Source of the DNA: an uncultured Actinomycetota bacterium
Lineage (GTDB): Bacteria > Actinomycetota > Actinomycetes > Actinomycetales > Dermatophilaceae
Direction of reading: 5' to 3'
NCBI GenBank assembly: GCA_963834965.1
Contig: CAWIEI010000002.1
Location: 27,359-91,358 of the forward strand
Length of the DNA: 64,000 nucleotides
In this document: one piece after another, positions 8,811 to 19,087 of the stretch
Position numbering within the stretch: the first letter of the stretch is position 1
How the letters are laid out: the number at the start of each line of letters is the position of its first letter
The notes under the pieces: model-generated
What the model saw: the letters and a program-made list of their open reading frames with translations, nothing else
The model's database searches: none
Told to the model about the DNA's origin: nothing
Position numbers and translations under genes: made by a program

Positions 8811-9293
8811 ATGGACTGTGCGGCCCTACTCCTGGAAAACCGGTCGAGCATCCTCGACGAGAGCTACACCGTTCTCGAGCGCTCGCACGTCCACCACTAC
8901 GAGGCCGCCGGTGAGGAGTTCACCCGGGGACGGCTCGAGGGCCTGTTCGACCTCGTGGTCACCGCCATCGGCAACCGCGACCTCTCCGGCGTCAGCGCGT
9001 ACGCCGTCAACGTCGCCGAGGAACGCTTCGCCTCCGGCTTCGACATCAGCGAGGTGCAGGCGGCGTTCAACGCCCTCGAGGAGGCGATGTGGCGCCAGAT
9101 CGTGGCGCACGCAGCTCCCGAGGACCTCGCCCAGGACACCGGCATGCTCAACACCGTCCTGGGCTTCGGCAAGGACGTCCTCGCCCGCACCTACGTCTCG
9201 CTCGCCTCGCGACGGCACGTGCGCTCGCTCGACCTGTCGGCGCTGTTTGCCGGCACCCAGGCCCGACCGCAGAACACCGAGAACATCGACTGA
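8811..9293 (+). CDS. Hypothetical helical protein, possibly RsbRD N-terminal/globin-like
   Basis: RBS GAAAGG; typical codon usage; AEERFASGFDISEVQAAF motif. Confidence 0.6.
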   Translation: MDCAALLLENRSSILDESYTVLERSHVHHYEAAGEEFTRGRLEGLFDLVVTAIGNRDLSGVSAYAVNVAEERFASGFDISEVQAAFNALEEAMWRQIVAHAAPEDLAQDTGMLNTVLGFGKDVLARTYVSLASRRHVRSLDLSALFAGTQARPQNTENID

Positions 9294-9320
9294 ACACCGG
9301 CTGGCTCGGAGCTGGCGGGC

Positions 9321-11102
9321 TCAGGCGTCCTTGATCTCGCAGAGCACTGCGCCGTTGGACACCGTGGCGCCGACCTCGGCGGCCAGCCCGGTGACCGTGC
9401 CCGCCTTGTGGGCGTTGATCGGCTGCTCCATCTTCATCGCCTCGAGCACGACGACGAGGTCACCCTCGGCGACGGTGGCGCCCTCCTCGACGGCGATCTT
9501 GACGATGGTGCCCTGCATCGGTGCGGTCAGCGAGTCGCCGGATGCCGCCGACCCCGCCTTCGCTGCGCCGGAGCGTCGGGGCGCCTTCTTCTTGCCACCG
9601 CCCGCGCCGCCGCCCGAGCCACCGCCGAGCGACAGACCACCGGGCAGCGAGACCTCGAGCCGCTTGCCACCGACCTCGACGACGACGGTCTGGCGCTCCT
9701 CGGCCTCGGCGGCGTCAGCGGAGCCACCGGCGTAGGCGGGGATGTCGTTGTCGAACTCGGTCTCGATCCAGCGGGTGTGGATGGTGAACTTCTCGTCGGG
9801 GTCGGCCGGGGCGAACGCCTGGTCGGAGACCACCTTGCGGTGGAACGGCGTGACCGTGGGCATGCCCTCGATGACGAGCTCGGCCAGGGCCCGGCGCGAG
9901 CGCTCGAGCGCCTGCTGGCGGGTGCGGCCGGTGACGATCAGCTTGGCGATCATCGAGTCGAACGCGCCGGCGACGGTGTCGCCCTCGAGCAGGCCCGAGT
10001 CCCAGCGCACGCCGGGGCCCTGCGGGACCCGCATGGTCGTGACGGTGCCGGGGGCGGGGAGGAAGCCGCGGCCGGCATCCTCGCCGTTGATGCGGAACTC
10101 GATGGAGTGCGCGTGCGGCTGCGGGTCGGGGTAGTCGAGCGACTCGCCGTCGGCGATGCGGAACTGCTCGCGCACGAGGTCGATGCCGGTGACCTCCTCG
10201 GAGACCGGGTGCTCGACCTGGAGGCGGGTGTTGACCTCGAGGAAGGAGATGTCGCCCTGCGGGCCGACGAGGAACTCGCAGGTGCCGGCACCGACGTAGC
10301 CGGCGGCGCGCAGGATCTCCTTGGACGCCCGGAGCAGCTCGGTGTGCTGCTCGTCGGTGATGAAGGGGGCCGGGGCCTCCTCGACGAGCTTCTGGTTGCG
10401 GCGCTGCAGCGAGCAGTCGCGGGTGGAAACCACGACGACGTTGCCGTGCTGGTCGGCGAGGCACTGGGTCTCGACGTGGCGCGGGTGGTCGAGGAAGCGC
10501 TCGACGAAGCACTCGCCCCGGCCGAAGGCCGTGACGGCCTCGCGCACCGCGGACTCGAACAGCTCGGGGATCTCCTCGAGGTTGCGGGCGACCTTCAGGC
10601 CACGACCGCCACCGCCGTAGGCCGCCTTGATGGCGACGGGGAGGCCGAACTCCTTGGCGAACGTGACGACCTCGTCGGGGCCCTGCACCGGGTCGGCGGT
10701 GCCGGGCACCAGCGGGGCCTTGGCGGCGAGGGCGATGTGCCGCGCCTTGACCTTGTCGCCGAGGCTGTCGATGGCCTCGGGGCCGGGGCCGATCCAGACC
10801 AGGCCGGAGTCGATGACCTTTTGGGCGAATCCGCCGTTCTCGGCGAGGAACCCGTAGCCGGGGTGCACCGCATCGGCGCCGGCCTCGTGGGCGATCTCGA
10901 TCAGCTTGTCCTGCAGCAGGTAGGAGTCGGCCGGCGTGAACCCGCCGAGCGCGTACGCCTCGTCTGCGACCTTGACGTGCAACGCGTCGCGGTCGGGCTC
11001 GGCGTAGACGGCGACGGACCCGATGCCGTGGTCCGCGCAGGCGCGGGCGATGCGTACCGCGATCTCACCACGGTTGGCGATGAGGACTTTGCTGATGGCC
11101 AT
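9321..11102 (-). CDS. bccA: Acyl-CoA carboxylase alpha subunit (biotin carboxylase plus BCCP)
   Basis: [27 protein letters not shown] and the EAMKM biotinylation site. Confidence 0.97.
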   Translation of the reverse strand: MAISKVLIANRGEIAVRIARACADHGIGSVAVYAEPDRDALHVKVADEAYALGGFTPADSYLLQDKLIEIAHEAGADAVHPGYGFLAENGGFAQKVIDSGLVWIGPGPEAIDSLGDKVKARHIALAAKAPLVPGTADPVQGPDEVVTFAKEFGLPVAIKAAYGGGGRGLKVARNLEEIPELFESAVREAVTAFGRGECFVERFLDHPRHVETQCLADQHGNVVVVSTRDCSLQRRNQKLVEEAPAPFITDEQHTELLRASKEILRAAGYVGAGTCEFLVGPQGDISFLEVNTRLQVEHPVSEEVTGIDLVREQFRIADGESLDYPDPQPHAHSIEFRINGEDAGRGFLPAPGTVTTMRVPQGPGVRWDSGLLEGDTVAGAFDSMIAKLIVTGRTRQQALERSRRALAELVIEGMPTVTPFHRKVVSDQAFAPADPDEKFTIHTRWIETEFDNDIPAYAGGSADAAEAEERQTVVVEVGGKRLEVSLPGGLSLGGGSGGGAGGGKKKAPRRSGAAKAGSAASGDSLTAPMQGTIVKIAVEEGATVAEGDLVVVLEAMKMEQPINAHKAGTVTGLAAEVGATVSNGAVLCEIKDA

Positions 11103-11192
11103 GGCTCGGACTCTATCGGTACGGTGCGGCCCCCACCCGGGCGGCCGGGCACCGCGCGGGCGCCGGTGTGACGCAGGCGACGGGCGGTCGGG

Positions 11193-11678
11193 TCAGACGC
11201 CGAGCGAGGTCGCCAACCGGCCCAGCAGGTCGGCCAGGGCCGCGCGTTCGTCAGGGTCGAGACCGGCCAGCAGTCGGGCCTCGTTGACCATGTGCTCGTC
11301 CATCGCGGCGTCGACCACCCCATGGCCCGCCGCCGTGAGCGCGACCGTTCGCGACCGACCGTCGAAGGGGTGGGCCCGACGCTCGACCAGGCCCCGCGAC
11401 TCGAGCCGGTCGACCCGCTTGGTCACCGCCCCGGACGACACCATGGTCCGCTCGCCGAGCTCCCCCGGGCTCAGCGCGTAGGGGGAGCCCTGGCGGCGCA
11501 GGGTGGCGAGCACGTCGAACTCACCCTCGCCGAGCCCGTGCCGGCCGTAGACCGCGACCAGCTCGGGGGTCAGCGCCGCCGCGATGCGGTGGATGCGCCC
11601 GATCACGAGGATGGGGGAGGTGTCGAGCTCGGGGCGCTCGGCCCGCCACTGCTCGACGACGGTCGCGGCGTGGTCCAT
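11193..11678 (-). CDS. pecS: MarR-family regulator, PecS-like
   Basis: QWRAERPELD and EFDVLATLRR (urate-responsive subfamily features); divergent from an EamA gene; TAAAGT 7 nt upstream of the ATG. Confidence 0.8.
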   Translation of the reverse strand: MDHAATVVEQWRAERPELDTSPILVIGRIHRIAAALTPELVAVYGRHGLGEGEFDVLATLRRQGSPYALSPGELGERTMVSSGAVTKRVDRLESRGLVERRAHPFDGRSRTVALTAAGHGVVDAAMDEHMVNEARLLAGLDPDERAALADLLGRLATSLGV

Positions 11679-11684
11679 GCCCTC

Positions 11685-11728
11685 GACTTTATCTTCCATG
11701 GAAGATAAAGTCTCTTCCATGGAAGAGA
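11685..11728. promoter_or_regulatory. Tandem palindromic MarR operators containing both divergent -10 elements
   Basis: Perfect 28-bp GACTTTATCTTCCATGGAAGATAAAGTC plus 18-bp TCTCTTCCATGGAAGAGA. Confidence 0.85.
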
Positions 11729-12660
11729 AATCACCCGGCGCCGCCACCATCGCCCTGACCGCCGTCCCGCCGGTGGTGTGGGGCTCCACGTATGCCGTCA
11801 CGCAGCTCTGGCTGCCACCGGACCGTCCGTTCTTCGCCGCTGCCGCCCGGGTGCTGCCCGCGGGGATGCTCCTGCTGCTCTGGGTGCGGCGCCTCCCGCG
11901 CGGCCGGTGGTGGGGGCGGTCGGTCGTGCTGGGCGGCCTGAACCACGGGCTGTTCTTCGGCCTGCTCTACCTCGCCGCCTTCCGCCTGCCCAGCGGGCTG
12001 GCCTCCACGCTCACCGCCCTGTCGCCACTGGTGGTCATGGGCGCCGCCTTCCTCGTCATCGGCGAGCGGCAGTCGCGGGTCACCCTGCTCGCGGCCCTGG
12101 TCGGGGTCGCGGGTGTCGTGACGCTGGTCTGGCAGAACGACCGGGCCGGCACCGTGGATGCCGTCGGCGTCGCCGCCGCGCTCGGGGCCGTCGCGTCGTC
12201 CGCGCTCGGCTTCGTCCTGGTCAAGCGCTGGTCGCCTCCGCACGACGTGCTGGTGACCACGTCGTGGCAGCTGGTCGCGGGTGGGCTGCTGCTGCTGCCG
12301 GTGGCCGCCGTGGTGGAGGGGGCGCCGCCGGCCCTCGACGGGTCGGCGCTCGCCGCGCTCCTCTACCTCGGGCTGGTCGGCTCGGCCCTGGGTTACCTGC
12401 TGTGGTTCCGCGGGCTCACCCGGATGGATGCCGGTGCCGTCGCCGTCGTGGGCCTGGTCAACCCCGTGGTCGGCACCGCGCTGGGGGTGCTGCTGCTGGC
12501 CGAGCCGTTCGGGCCCGTCCACCTGGCGGCGGTGGCGGTCACCCTCGGCGCCGTGCTGGTGGCGCAGGCGCCCGTGCGCCGGCGGCTGTCCGGCATCGGG
12601 GCTGTCGCTCGCCACCGTCGGTCGGCCGCACGCCCTACCGTTGGCTCATGCCCCACGTGA
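11719..12660 (+). CDS. pecM: EamA/DMT family transporter, PecM-like
   Basis: PVVWGSTYAVTQLWLPPDRP motif; about 10 TM helices. Confidence 0.85.
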   Translation: MEEKSPGAATIALTAVPPVVWGSTYAVTQLWLPPDRPFFAAAARVLPAGMLLLLWVRRLPRGRWWGRSVVLGGLNHGLFFGLLYLAAFRLPSGLASTLTALSPLVVMGAAFLVIGERQSRVTLLAALVGVAGVVTLVWQNDRAGTVDAVGVAAALGAVASSALGFVLVKRWSPPHDVLVTTSWQLVAGGLLLLPVAAVVEGAPPALDGSALAALLYLGLVGSALGYLLWFRGLTRMDAGAVAVVGLVNPVVGTALGVLLLAEPFGPVHLAAVAVTLGAVLVAQAPVRRRLSGIGAVARHRRSAARPTVGSCPT

Positions 12661-13484
12661 CCACCACCGCCCTGTCGTCCCCCTCCGGCCCGGTGCCGAT
12701 CCCGACCGTCGGCTTCGGCGTCTGGCAGGTGCCCGACGACGAGGTCGACGCGGCCGTGGTCGCGGCGCTGGATGCCGGCTACCGGCACGTCGACACGGCG
12801 CGGCTCTACGGCAACGAGGCCGGCGTGGGCCGGGCGCTGGCCGCGAGCGACGTGCCCCGCGACGACGTCTTCGTGACGACGAAGGTCTGGAACGACGACC
12901 ACGGGCGCGACGCCACCCTCACGGCATTCGACGCCTCGATGGGCCGGCTCGGGCTCGACCTGCTCGACCTGTTCCTGATCCACTGGCCGGCCCCCCGGCA
13001 GAACCGGTACGTCGAGACCTGGCAGGCGCTGCGCGAGCTGCGCGACGACGGGCGGGTGCGCGCCATCGGGGTCTGCAACTTCCACGCCCCGCACCTTCAG
13101 CGGCTGTTCGACGAGACGGGGGAGTGGCCGAGCATCAACCAGGTCGAGCTGCACCCCTACCTCCAGCAGGCGCCGCTGCGCGAGTTCCACGCCGAGCACG
13201 GCATCGTCACCGAGTCGTGGAGCCCGCTGGCCTCCGGCAAGAAGGTGCTCGACGACCCGGTCGTCGGTGCCATCGCGCAGCGGCACGGCGCGACCCCGGC
13301 GCAGGTCGTCATCGCGTGGCACCTGGCGCTCGGCCTGGTCGTGCTGCCCAAGTCGGTCACGCCGTCGCGGATCGTCGAGAACCTCGCCGCCGCCGACCTC
13401 ACCCTCACCGCCGACGACCTCGACGAGATCGCCGGCCTCGACCGCGGCTTCCGCACCGGCCCGAACCCCGACGAGTTCAGCTGA
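12648..13484 (+). CDS. Aldo/keto reductase (2,5-DKG reductase-like)
   Basis: GYRHVDTARLYGNE, FLIHWP, NQVELHP, LPKS. Confidence 0.93.
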   Translation: MPHVTTTALSSPSGPVPIPTVGFGVWQVPDDEVDAAVVAALDAGYRHVDTARLYGNEAGVGRALAASDVPRDDVFVTTKVWNDDHGRDATLTAFDASMGRLGLDLLDLFLIHWPAPRQNRYVETWQALRELRDDGRVRAIGVCNFHAPHLQRLFDETGEWPSINQVELHPYLQQAPLREFHAEHGIVTESWSPLASGKKVLDDPVVGAIAQRHGATPAQVVIAWHLALGLVVLPKSVTPSRIVENLAAADLTLTADDLDEIAGLDRGFRTGPNPDEFS

Positions 13485-13523
13485 CCCCGCGCCGCGCCGG
13501 CATCTCGCGGCAGGTGCCGCGGG

Positions 13524-14241
13524 GTGACCGCGCCGCAGCGGGAGACCGGGCGATGAGATCGTTCGGTGCCTGGAGGGCTTCCACCGCGACCGGCTGACCT
13601 GGTTGCTCTACGCGATGCTGGCGTGGTTCGCCTACCTCCAGGCCGTGCCCGGGCTGGTCGTGCCGCGCCTGCGGGACGAGCTGGGCTTCAGCTACTCGGT
13701 CGGCGGGCTGCACGTCGCGGCGTTCGCAGCGGGCAGCGCCGTGGGGGGTGTCGCGTCGGCTCGACTGGAGCGAGTCGTCGGCCGCGGCACCCTGCTGTGG
13801 TCGGCGGCTGCCGTGATGGCCACCGGGGCCGGGCTGCTCACCCTGGGCGGCGCCGTGCCGGCGACGATCGGTTCGATCGCCCTGATGCGCGTCGGCGCCG
13901 GCATCCTGCTGGCCACCGTGCAGGCCGGGTTGTCCGAGCACCACGCGAGCAACGGGGGGGTGGCCCTGACCGAGGCCAACGTCGCCGCCGCCGCGTCCTA
14001 CCTGCTGCTCGCGGGGGTGCTGCTCGCCCCCGGCCGGTCGGCCACGGCGAGCGGGCGGGTCGTCGTGGTGACCGCGGTCGCCATCCTGCTCGCCCCGCTG
14101 ACCGTCGGCACCCTCGCCGACGCCACCTCGCTCAAGGCCGCCCTCGTGGTGGTGCCCGTGCTGGTCTGCCTCGCCGCCGTCGCGGTGGGCGTCGCCGTGC
14201 GGGCGCGCCCGGCCGCCACCGTCGCGGCGTCCGCGCCGTGA
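13524..14241 (+). pseudogene. Degenerate MFS transporter (internal deletion, disrupted start)
   Basis: MFS-like N-terminal helices joined directly to the last two helices (about 212 aa); FHRDRLTW upstream of 13603 has no in-frame start. Confidence 0.6.
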
Positions 14242-14359
14242 CTCCCGGTCGGCCGACGCGCGGCGGTGAGTAGCCAGGCTCATGGTGGCGGCCTCCGGGC
14301 GGGAGCACCATGGGAGCGTCACCTCCCGGGGTGACCATCCCGAGACCGAGGAGCCCGCG

Positions 14360-15601
14360 ATGACCGCGCCGCCCGCCACCACCCCCACTGCCCCCGGTCA
14401 CCGGGACCCGCGCATCCGTCCCGTGACACCGGCCCAGCTGCACTGGCTCGAGGGGGAGCTCGGGCGCTGGCGGGCCGAGGGGCTGGTCACCGCTGAGGTC
14501 GCGGACGCCATCCGGGGCCGCTACGTCGCGAGCCGGCGCCTCACGCTCGCGCGCATCGTGCTCACCCTCGGCGCCTGCTTCGTCGGGCTGGGGCTGGTCT
14601 GGCTGGTCGCCGCCAACCTCGACGTGATGTCGCCGCTCACCCGCTTCCTGCTGATGGTGGCGATCTGGCTCGCACTGGTCGTCGCCGCAGAGGTGCTCGC
14701 CGCGCGCTTCGCGAGGCGCGGCGACACGGCATCCCCGGTGGTGGGGGCAGTGCGGCTGCTGGCGGCCGCGGCGTTCGGCGCGGTGGTGTTCCAGGCCGCG
14801 CAGAGCCTGCAGGTGCCGGCCTACGGGCCGGCGCTCGTCGGCGTGTGGGGCCTCGGCGCGCTGCTCTGGGCGTATGCCGTGCGCGGTGTCGCCCCGCTCG
14901 TGCTCGCGGTCGGCCTGCTCGCCCTCTGGTTCGGGTGGCAGGTGGCCGCTGCGGGTGGCGGTGTCTTCGTGGTCTCGACCGCCATCGCGACCGCAGCACT
15001 GGCCGCCGTCGCCGTGGGGGTCGGCCACCTGCACACCCGCTGGCGCGAGCTGGCCGCGCCGTGGCGTGAGATCGGGGCGCTGCTGGCGATGGTCGCCCTG
15101 TTCGTCGCGGCGCTGCCCTATGCGTGGGGCGACGCCGAGGCCGACGTCGCGCTGCTCGTCGGTCTCGGCGTCGCGGTGGTGCTGGCCGCCGTCGCCTTCG
15201 TGCGTGGAGACCGTCTCGACCGGCTCGAGGTCGGGCTCGCCGCACTCGCCCTGGCACTGACCGCGGGGCTGTCGCTGTGGCGGTTCGACGCGAACGTGGT
15301 CGACACCGCCGACCTGCCGGCGGGGGCGTGGCTGCGCGCCGCGCTGTCCGTCGTCGCCTACCTCGTCGTCGCGAGCGGGTATGCCGTGCTCGGCGGGATG
15401 CGCGACTCCGGCCGGCTGACCTGGCTGGCCACGGCCGCGCTGGTCGTGTTCGTGACGGTGCAGGCGTTCGCGGTGTTCGCCCCGATCGTCTCGGGCGCGG
15501 CGCTCTTCCTCATCGTGGGTGTCGTGCTGCTCGGCACCGGGGTGCTGGCCGACCGGGGCCGCCGACGACTCGTCACCGAGGCGAAGGAGGCCCTGGTATG
15601 A
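14360..15601 (+). CDS. DUF2157-type membrane protein
   Basis: WLEGELGRWRAEGLV followed by many TM helices; paired with a GDYXXLXY gene. Confidence 0.82.
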   Translation: MTAPPATTPTAPGHRDPRIRPVTPAQLHWLEGELGRWRAEGLVTAEVADAIRGRYVASRRLTLARIVLTLGACFVGLGLVWLVAANLDVMSPLTRFLLMVAIWLALVVAAEVLAARFARRGDTASPVVGAVRLLAAAAFGAVVFQAAQSLQVPAYGPALVGVWGLGALLWAYAVRGVAPLVLAVGLLALWFGWQVAAAGGGVFVVSTAIATAALAAVAVGVGHLHTRWRELAAPWREIGALLAMVALFVAALPYAWGDAEADVALLVGLGVAVVLAAVAFVRGDRLDRLEVGLAALALALTAGLSLWRFDANVVDTADLPAGAWLRAALSVVAYLVVASGYAVLGGMRDSGRLTWLATAALVVFVTVQAFAVFAPIVSGAALFLIVGVVLLGTGVLADRGRRRLVTEAKEALV

Positions 15602-16116
15602 GCGCCGGCGCGGGGCGGGTGGTGCGGGTCGGCGCCGTGGTGCTGGCGCAGCTGCTGCTGGTCGGGGTGGCCGTGTGGCCGTCGCTGTCCGCTCGGGTCA
15701 CCGGTGAGCACGTCACCCTGCGGGTGCAGCCGTTCGACCCCATCGACCCGTTCCGCGGGGCCTACGCCGATCTCTCGTACCCCGACCTGCCGAGTGCCGG
15801 CGGTCCGGCAGCCTCCAGCCGCACGCCCGATCAGCAGCAGGCGCTGGACGACGCCCGGGGCGCGGCCTACGTGCCGCTCACCCGAGCCGGCGCGGTGTGG
15901 CTCGGTGGCCCGCTCGTACGCACCCCGCCCGCGGACGGCCTGTACCTGGCCTGCGACGACTCGGACTACCGGCTCCGGTGCGGCATCGAGAGCTGGTTCC
16001 TGCCGCAGGACGCGGCGGCGGGGTTGCAGGAGGCCCTGCGCGGGGGCACCGCCCGCGCGACCGTCACGGTCGACGCCTCCGGGCACGCGGCCCTGGTGGC
16101 GGTCACTGCTCCCTGA
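15598..16116 (+). CDS. GDYXXLXY-domain membrane-anchored protein
   Basis: PFDPIDPFRGAYADLSY and CGIESWF motifs; ATGA overlap. Confidence 0.82.
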   Translation: MSAGAGRVVRVGAVVLAQLLLVGVAVWPSLSARVTGEHVTLRVQPFDPIDPFRGAYADLSYPDLPSAGGPAASSRTPDQQQALDDARGAAYVPLTRAGAVWLGGPLVRTPPADGLYLACDDSDYRLRCGIESWFLPQDAAAGLQEALRGGTARATVTVDASGHAALVAVTAP

Positions 16117-16191
16117 CCCCTCGGACATGGAAGCGGGGCCGCCGCGGCCCTGAGCGCACGGCGGCCCCGCGGTAAGGGGGGTGTTACGGGG

Positions 16192-17190
16192 TCAGCAGGT
16201 CGACTTGTAGGCCGCCTTGCCACCCTCGCCGTTGAGGTTGTCCTTGGTGATGATCGTGAAGCCGGTCTGGATCTTCGGGTTCACGGTCTTGCCGGTGAGC
16301 GCGGCGTCAGCCTGCTCGATGCCGTCGGAGCCGATGGTGGACGGCTGCTGGGCGACGAGCGCCTGCACGGTGCCGTCCTGCAGCGCCTTGATCTGGTTCG
16401 GGCCTGCGTCGAAGCCGACGATGGTCACGTCCTTGGCGCCGGCCTGGCGCACACCGGTGGCCGAGCCCTCCGCGGAGAACAGGTTGGTGGCGAAGATGCC
16501 CGCGATGTCGGGGTCCTTCTGCAGGGCGGCCGAGACGAGGTTGGCCGCGGTGGCCGGGTCGTTGTGGCTGTACTGCACGCCGAGGTCCTTGAAGGTCGGG
16601 TCCTTGGCGACGGCATCCGAGAAGCCCTTGACGCGGGCGTCGACGGTGGATACACCCGGGTCGGTCGAGATGACGAGCACCTTGCCGCCACCGGGCTTGG
16701 CCGCCTTGATGGCGTCGAAGGCCGCCGCGCCGCCGCCGACGTTGTCGGAGCTGATCTGGGAGACCGCGAACGACGGGTCGTTCACCGTGGTGTCGACCAG
16801 CACCACCTTGATGCCGGCCTTCGCGGCCTGCTCGAGCGGCGCCTGCATGGCGGTGACGTCGGTCGGGGCGATCAGCATCGCGGCCGGCTTCGACGCGGTG
16901 ACCGAGTCGACGATCGGCTTCTGCAGGGTGGGGTCGAACTTCTGCGGGCCCTGCGTGGTGACGGTGTACCCGAGCTCGGCGGCCTTGGCCTTGATACCGC
17001 ACTCCATGGTGATGTAGAACTCGTCACCCGCCACGCCCTGGACGAAGGCGATCTGCTTGTTGTTGCTCGCGGCGCTGCCGCCGGCGGACGCGCTGTCCGA
17101 GCTGGTGCCGGACGAGTTGCCGCTGCTGCAGGCGGCCAGTGCCAGGACGGCACCGGCGGTGATCGCCGTGAGCCTGATGGTGTTCCTCAT
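16192..17190 (-). CDS. Sugar ABC transporter substrate-binding lipoprotein (RbsB-like)
   Basis: Lipobox LAAC; SDNVGGG and VGFDA motifs. Confidence 0.92.
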   Translation of the reverse strand: MRNTIRLTAITAGAVLALAACSSGNSSGTSSDSASAGGSAASNNKQIAFVQGVAGDEFYITMECGIKAKAAELGYTVTTQGPQKFDPTLQKPIVDSVTASKPAAMLIAPTDVTAMQAPLEQAAKAGIKVVLVDTTVNDPSFAVSQISSDNVGGGAAAFDAIKAAKPGGGKVLVISTDPGVSTVDARVKGFSDAVAKDPTFKDLGVQYSHNDPATAANLVSAALQKDPDIAGIFATNLFSAEGSATGVRQAGAKDVTIVGFDAGPNQIKALQDGTVQALVAQQPSTIGSDGIEQADAALTGKTVNPKIQTGFTIITKDNLNGEGGKAAYKSTC

Positions 17191-17294
17191 GGTGGTACTG
17201 CCTTCCTTCGGTGGGAGTTGGTGGTGCGAGTTCGTTGTGGGAGAGGGGGTTCGGCCGGGGTGTCCGGCACGGTGGTGTGCGACGGGCGCCTGGT

Positions 17295-18326
17295 CTAGGC
17301 CCCCTTTCCTCGGCTGGCCGCGGCTCGGCGCTGCTGGTCGACGTAGACGGCGGTGATGAGGATCGCGCCGACCGCGACGGTCTGCCAGTAAGGGGAGACG
17401 CCGATGATGACGAAGCCCGACTGCAGGGTGGCCGGGATGAAGAGGCCGACCATCGAGCCGAACATCGAGCCCACGCCACCGAAGATCGAGGTGCCGCCGA
17501 TGACGACCGCCGCGATGACGTTGAGGTTGGTGAGTGACTGGCCGGCGATCGTCGTCGTGCCGTACTGGGCCAGCGACAGCAGACCGGCCAGCCCGGCGAG
17601 GAAGCCGGACAGGGCGTAGATCTGGATCAGCTTGCGGTCGACGCTGATGCCGACCCGGCGAGCGGAGACCTCGTTCGAGCCGATCGCGTAGGTGTAGCGA
17701 CCGAACTTGGTCTTGTGCAGGGCGATTCCGCCCAGGATGACGACGATCAGCGCGATGATGCTGATCGCCGGGATGCCGCCGACGCGGCCGTAACCGATGT
17801 TGTCGACGAGCACGGTGGGCGCGGAGCGCACGTCGAGGCCGCCGGTGATGATCTGCGCGATGCCGAGGGCAACCGAGAGGGTGCCCAGGGTGACGATCAG
17901 CGGCGGCACCTTGGCCTTGGCGACGAGGAACCCGTTGAGGGCGCCCCAGAACAACCCGGACAGCATGGCCACGGTGAGGCCCACGACGGCCACGCCCCAG
18001 CCCACGCCCCCCATCGCCTCCATGGTCTTGGCGGCGACGACCGAGGAGACCACGAGCACCGACCCGACGGACAGGTCGATGCCGGAGGTGATGATGACGA
18101 AGGTCATGCCCACGGCGAGGACGGCCCAGATGGAGACGTTCTGCATGATGTTGGTGAGGTTGCCGGCGCTCAGGAAGATCGTCGGCCGCATGATGCCGAA
18201 GGCCGCGACGATGACGATGAGAACGCCGAGGATCCAGACCGACTGCATGGCCTTGAGCCGCTCGAGGATGCTGCCCTCGCTCGACGACGTCTCGATGACC
18301 TGGTCCGGCTGGGTGATGGTGCTCAT
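17295..18326 (-). CDS. Sugar ABC transporter permease (RbsC-like)
   Basis: GIDLSVGS, YAIGSNE, IAAVVIGGTS. Confidence 0.93.
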   Translation of the reverse strand: MSTITQPDQVIETSSSEGSILERLKAMQSVWILGVLIVIVAAFGIMRPTIFLSAGNLTNIMQNVSIWAVLAVGMTFVIITSGIDLSVGSVLVVSSVVAAKTMEAMGGVGWGVAVVGLTVAMLSGLFWGALNGFLVAKAKVPPLIVTLGTLSVALGIAQIITGGLDVRSAPTVLVDNIGYGRVGGIPAISIIALIVVILGGIALHKTKFGRYTYAIGSNEVSARRVGISVDRKLIQIYALSGFLAGLAGLLSLAQYGTTTIAGQSLTNLNVIAAVVIGGTSIFGGVGSMFGSMVGLFIPATLQSGFVIIGVSPYWQTVAVGAILITAVYVDQQRRAAASRGKGA

Positions 18327-19087
18327 GCCGCTCCCTCCTTACGGTCCAGGGCGCCGGTCATGGCGCCCACCAACTGTTCGACCGAGGTGTCCGCCGCCTG
18401 GTACGTCGCGACCCGCCGACCCAGGCGAAGCACCTGCACCCGGTCGGCCACCTCGAGCACGTGCGGCATCGAGTGCGAGATGAGGACGACCGCGAGGCCG
18501 CTGTCGCGCACCTTCTTGATCGTCTCGAGCACGTTGTGGGTCTGCACCACACCGAGTGCGGCCGTGGGCTCGTCGAGGAAGAGCACCTTGTTCGCCCAGG
18601 ACACGGCGCGGGCGATGGCGACCGACTGCTTCTGGCCGCCGGACATCGTCCCGACCGGGACGACCACCGAGCGCACGGCCGAGCCGAGCTCGGTGAAGGC
18701 CGCCGCGGCCGTGCTGCGCATCGTCCGGTTGTCCATGAAGCCGAGCCGCCCGGCGACGCCGGCCCGCATCAGCTCGCGCCCGAGAAACATGTTCTGCGCG
18801 GCGTCGAGGTGCGGTGCCAGCGCGAGGTCCTGGTGCACGACCTCGATGCCGACCGCCGACGCCTCGTGCGGGGTGGCGAAGTGCACCCGCTCGCCGTCGA
18901 AGTAGATCTCGCCCTCGTCGATGTCGAGGTTTCCCGTGAGCGCCTTGACCAGGGTCGACTTGCCGGCACCGTTGTCGCCGATCAGGGCGACGACCTCGCC
19001 GGCGTTGACGTCGAAGTCGGCCTTGTCCAGGGCCTGCACCCGCCCGAAGCGGCGGCTCAGTCCGCGGGCCTCGAACAGGGCGCTCAT
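18323..19087 (-). CDS. Sugar ABC transporter ATP-binding protein (single NBD)
   Basis: GDNGAGKS, MSGGQKQ, LDEPTAALG. Confidence 0.93.
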   Translation of the reverse strand: MSALFEARGLSRRFGRVQALDKADFDVNAGEVVALIGDNGAGKSTLVKALTGNLDIDEGEIYFDGERVHFATPHEASAVGIEVVHQDLALAPHLDAAQNMFLGRELMRAGVAGRLGFMDNRTMRSTAAAAFTELGSAVRSVVVPVGTMSGGQKQSVAIARAVSWANKVLFLDEPTAALGVVQTHNVLETIKKVRDSGLAVVLISHSMPHVLEVADRVQVLRLGRRVATYQAADTSVEQLVGAMTGALDRKEGAA

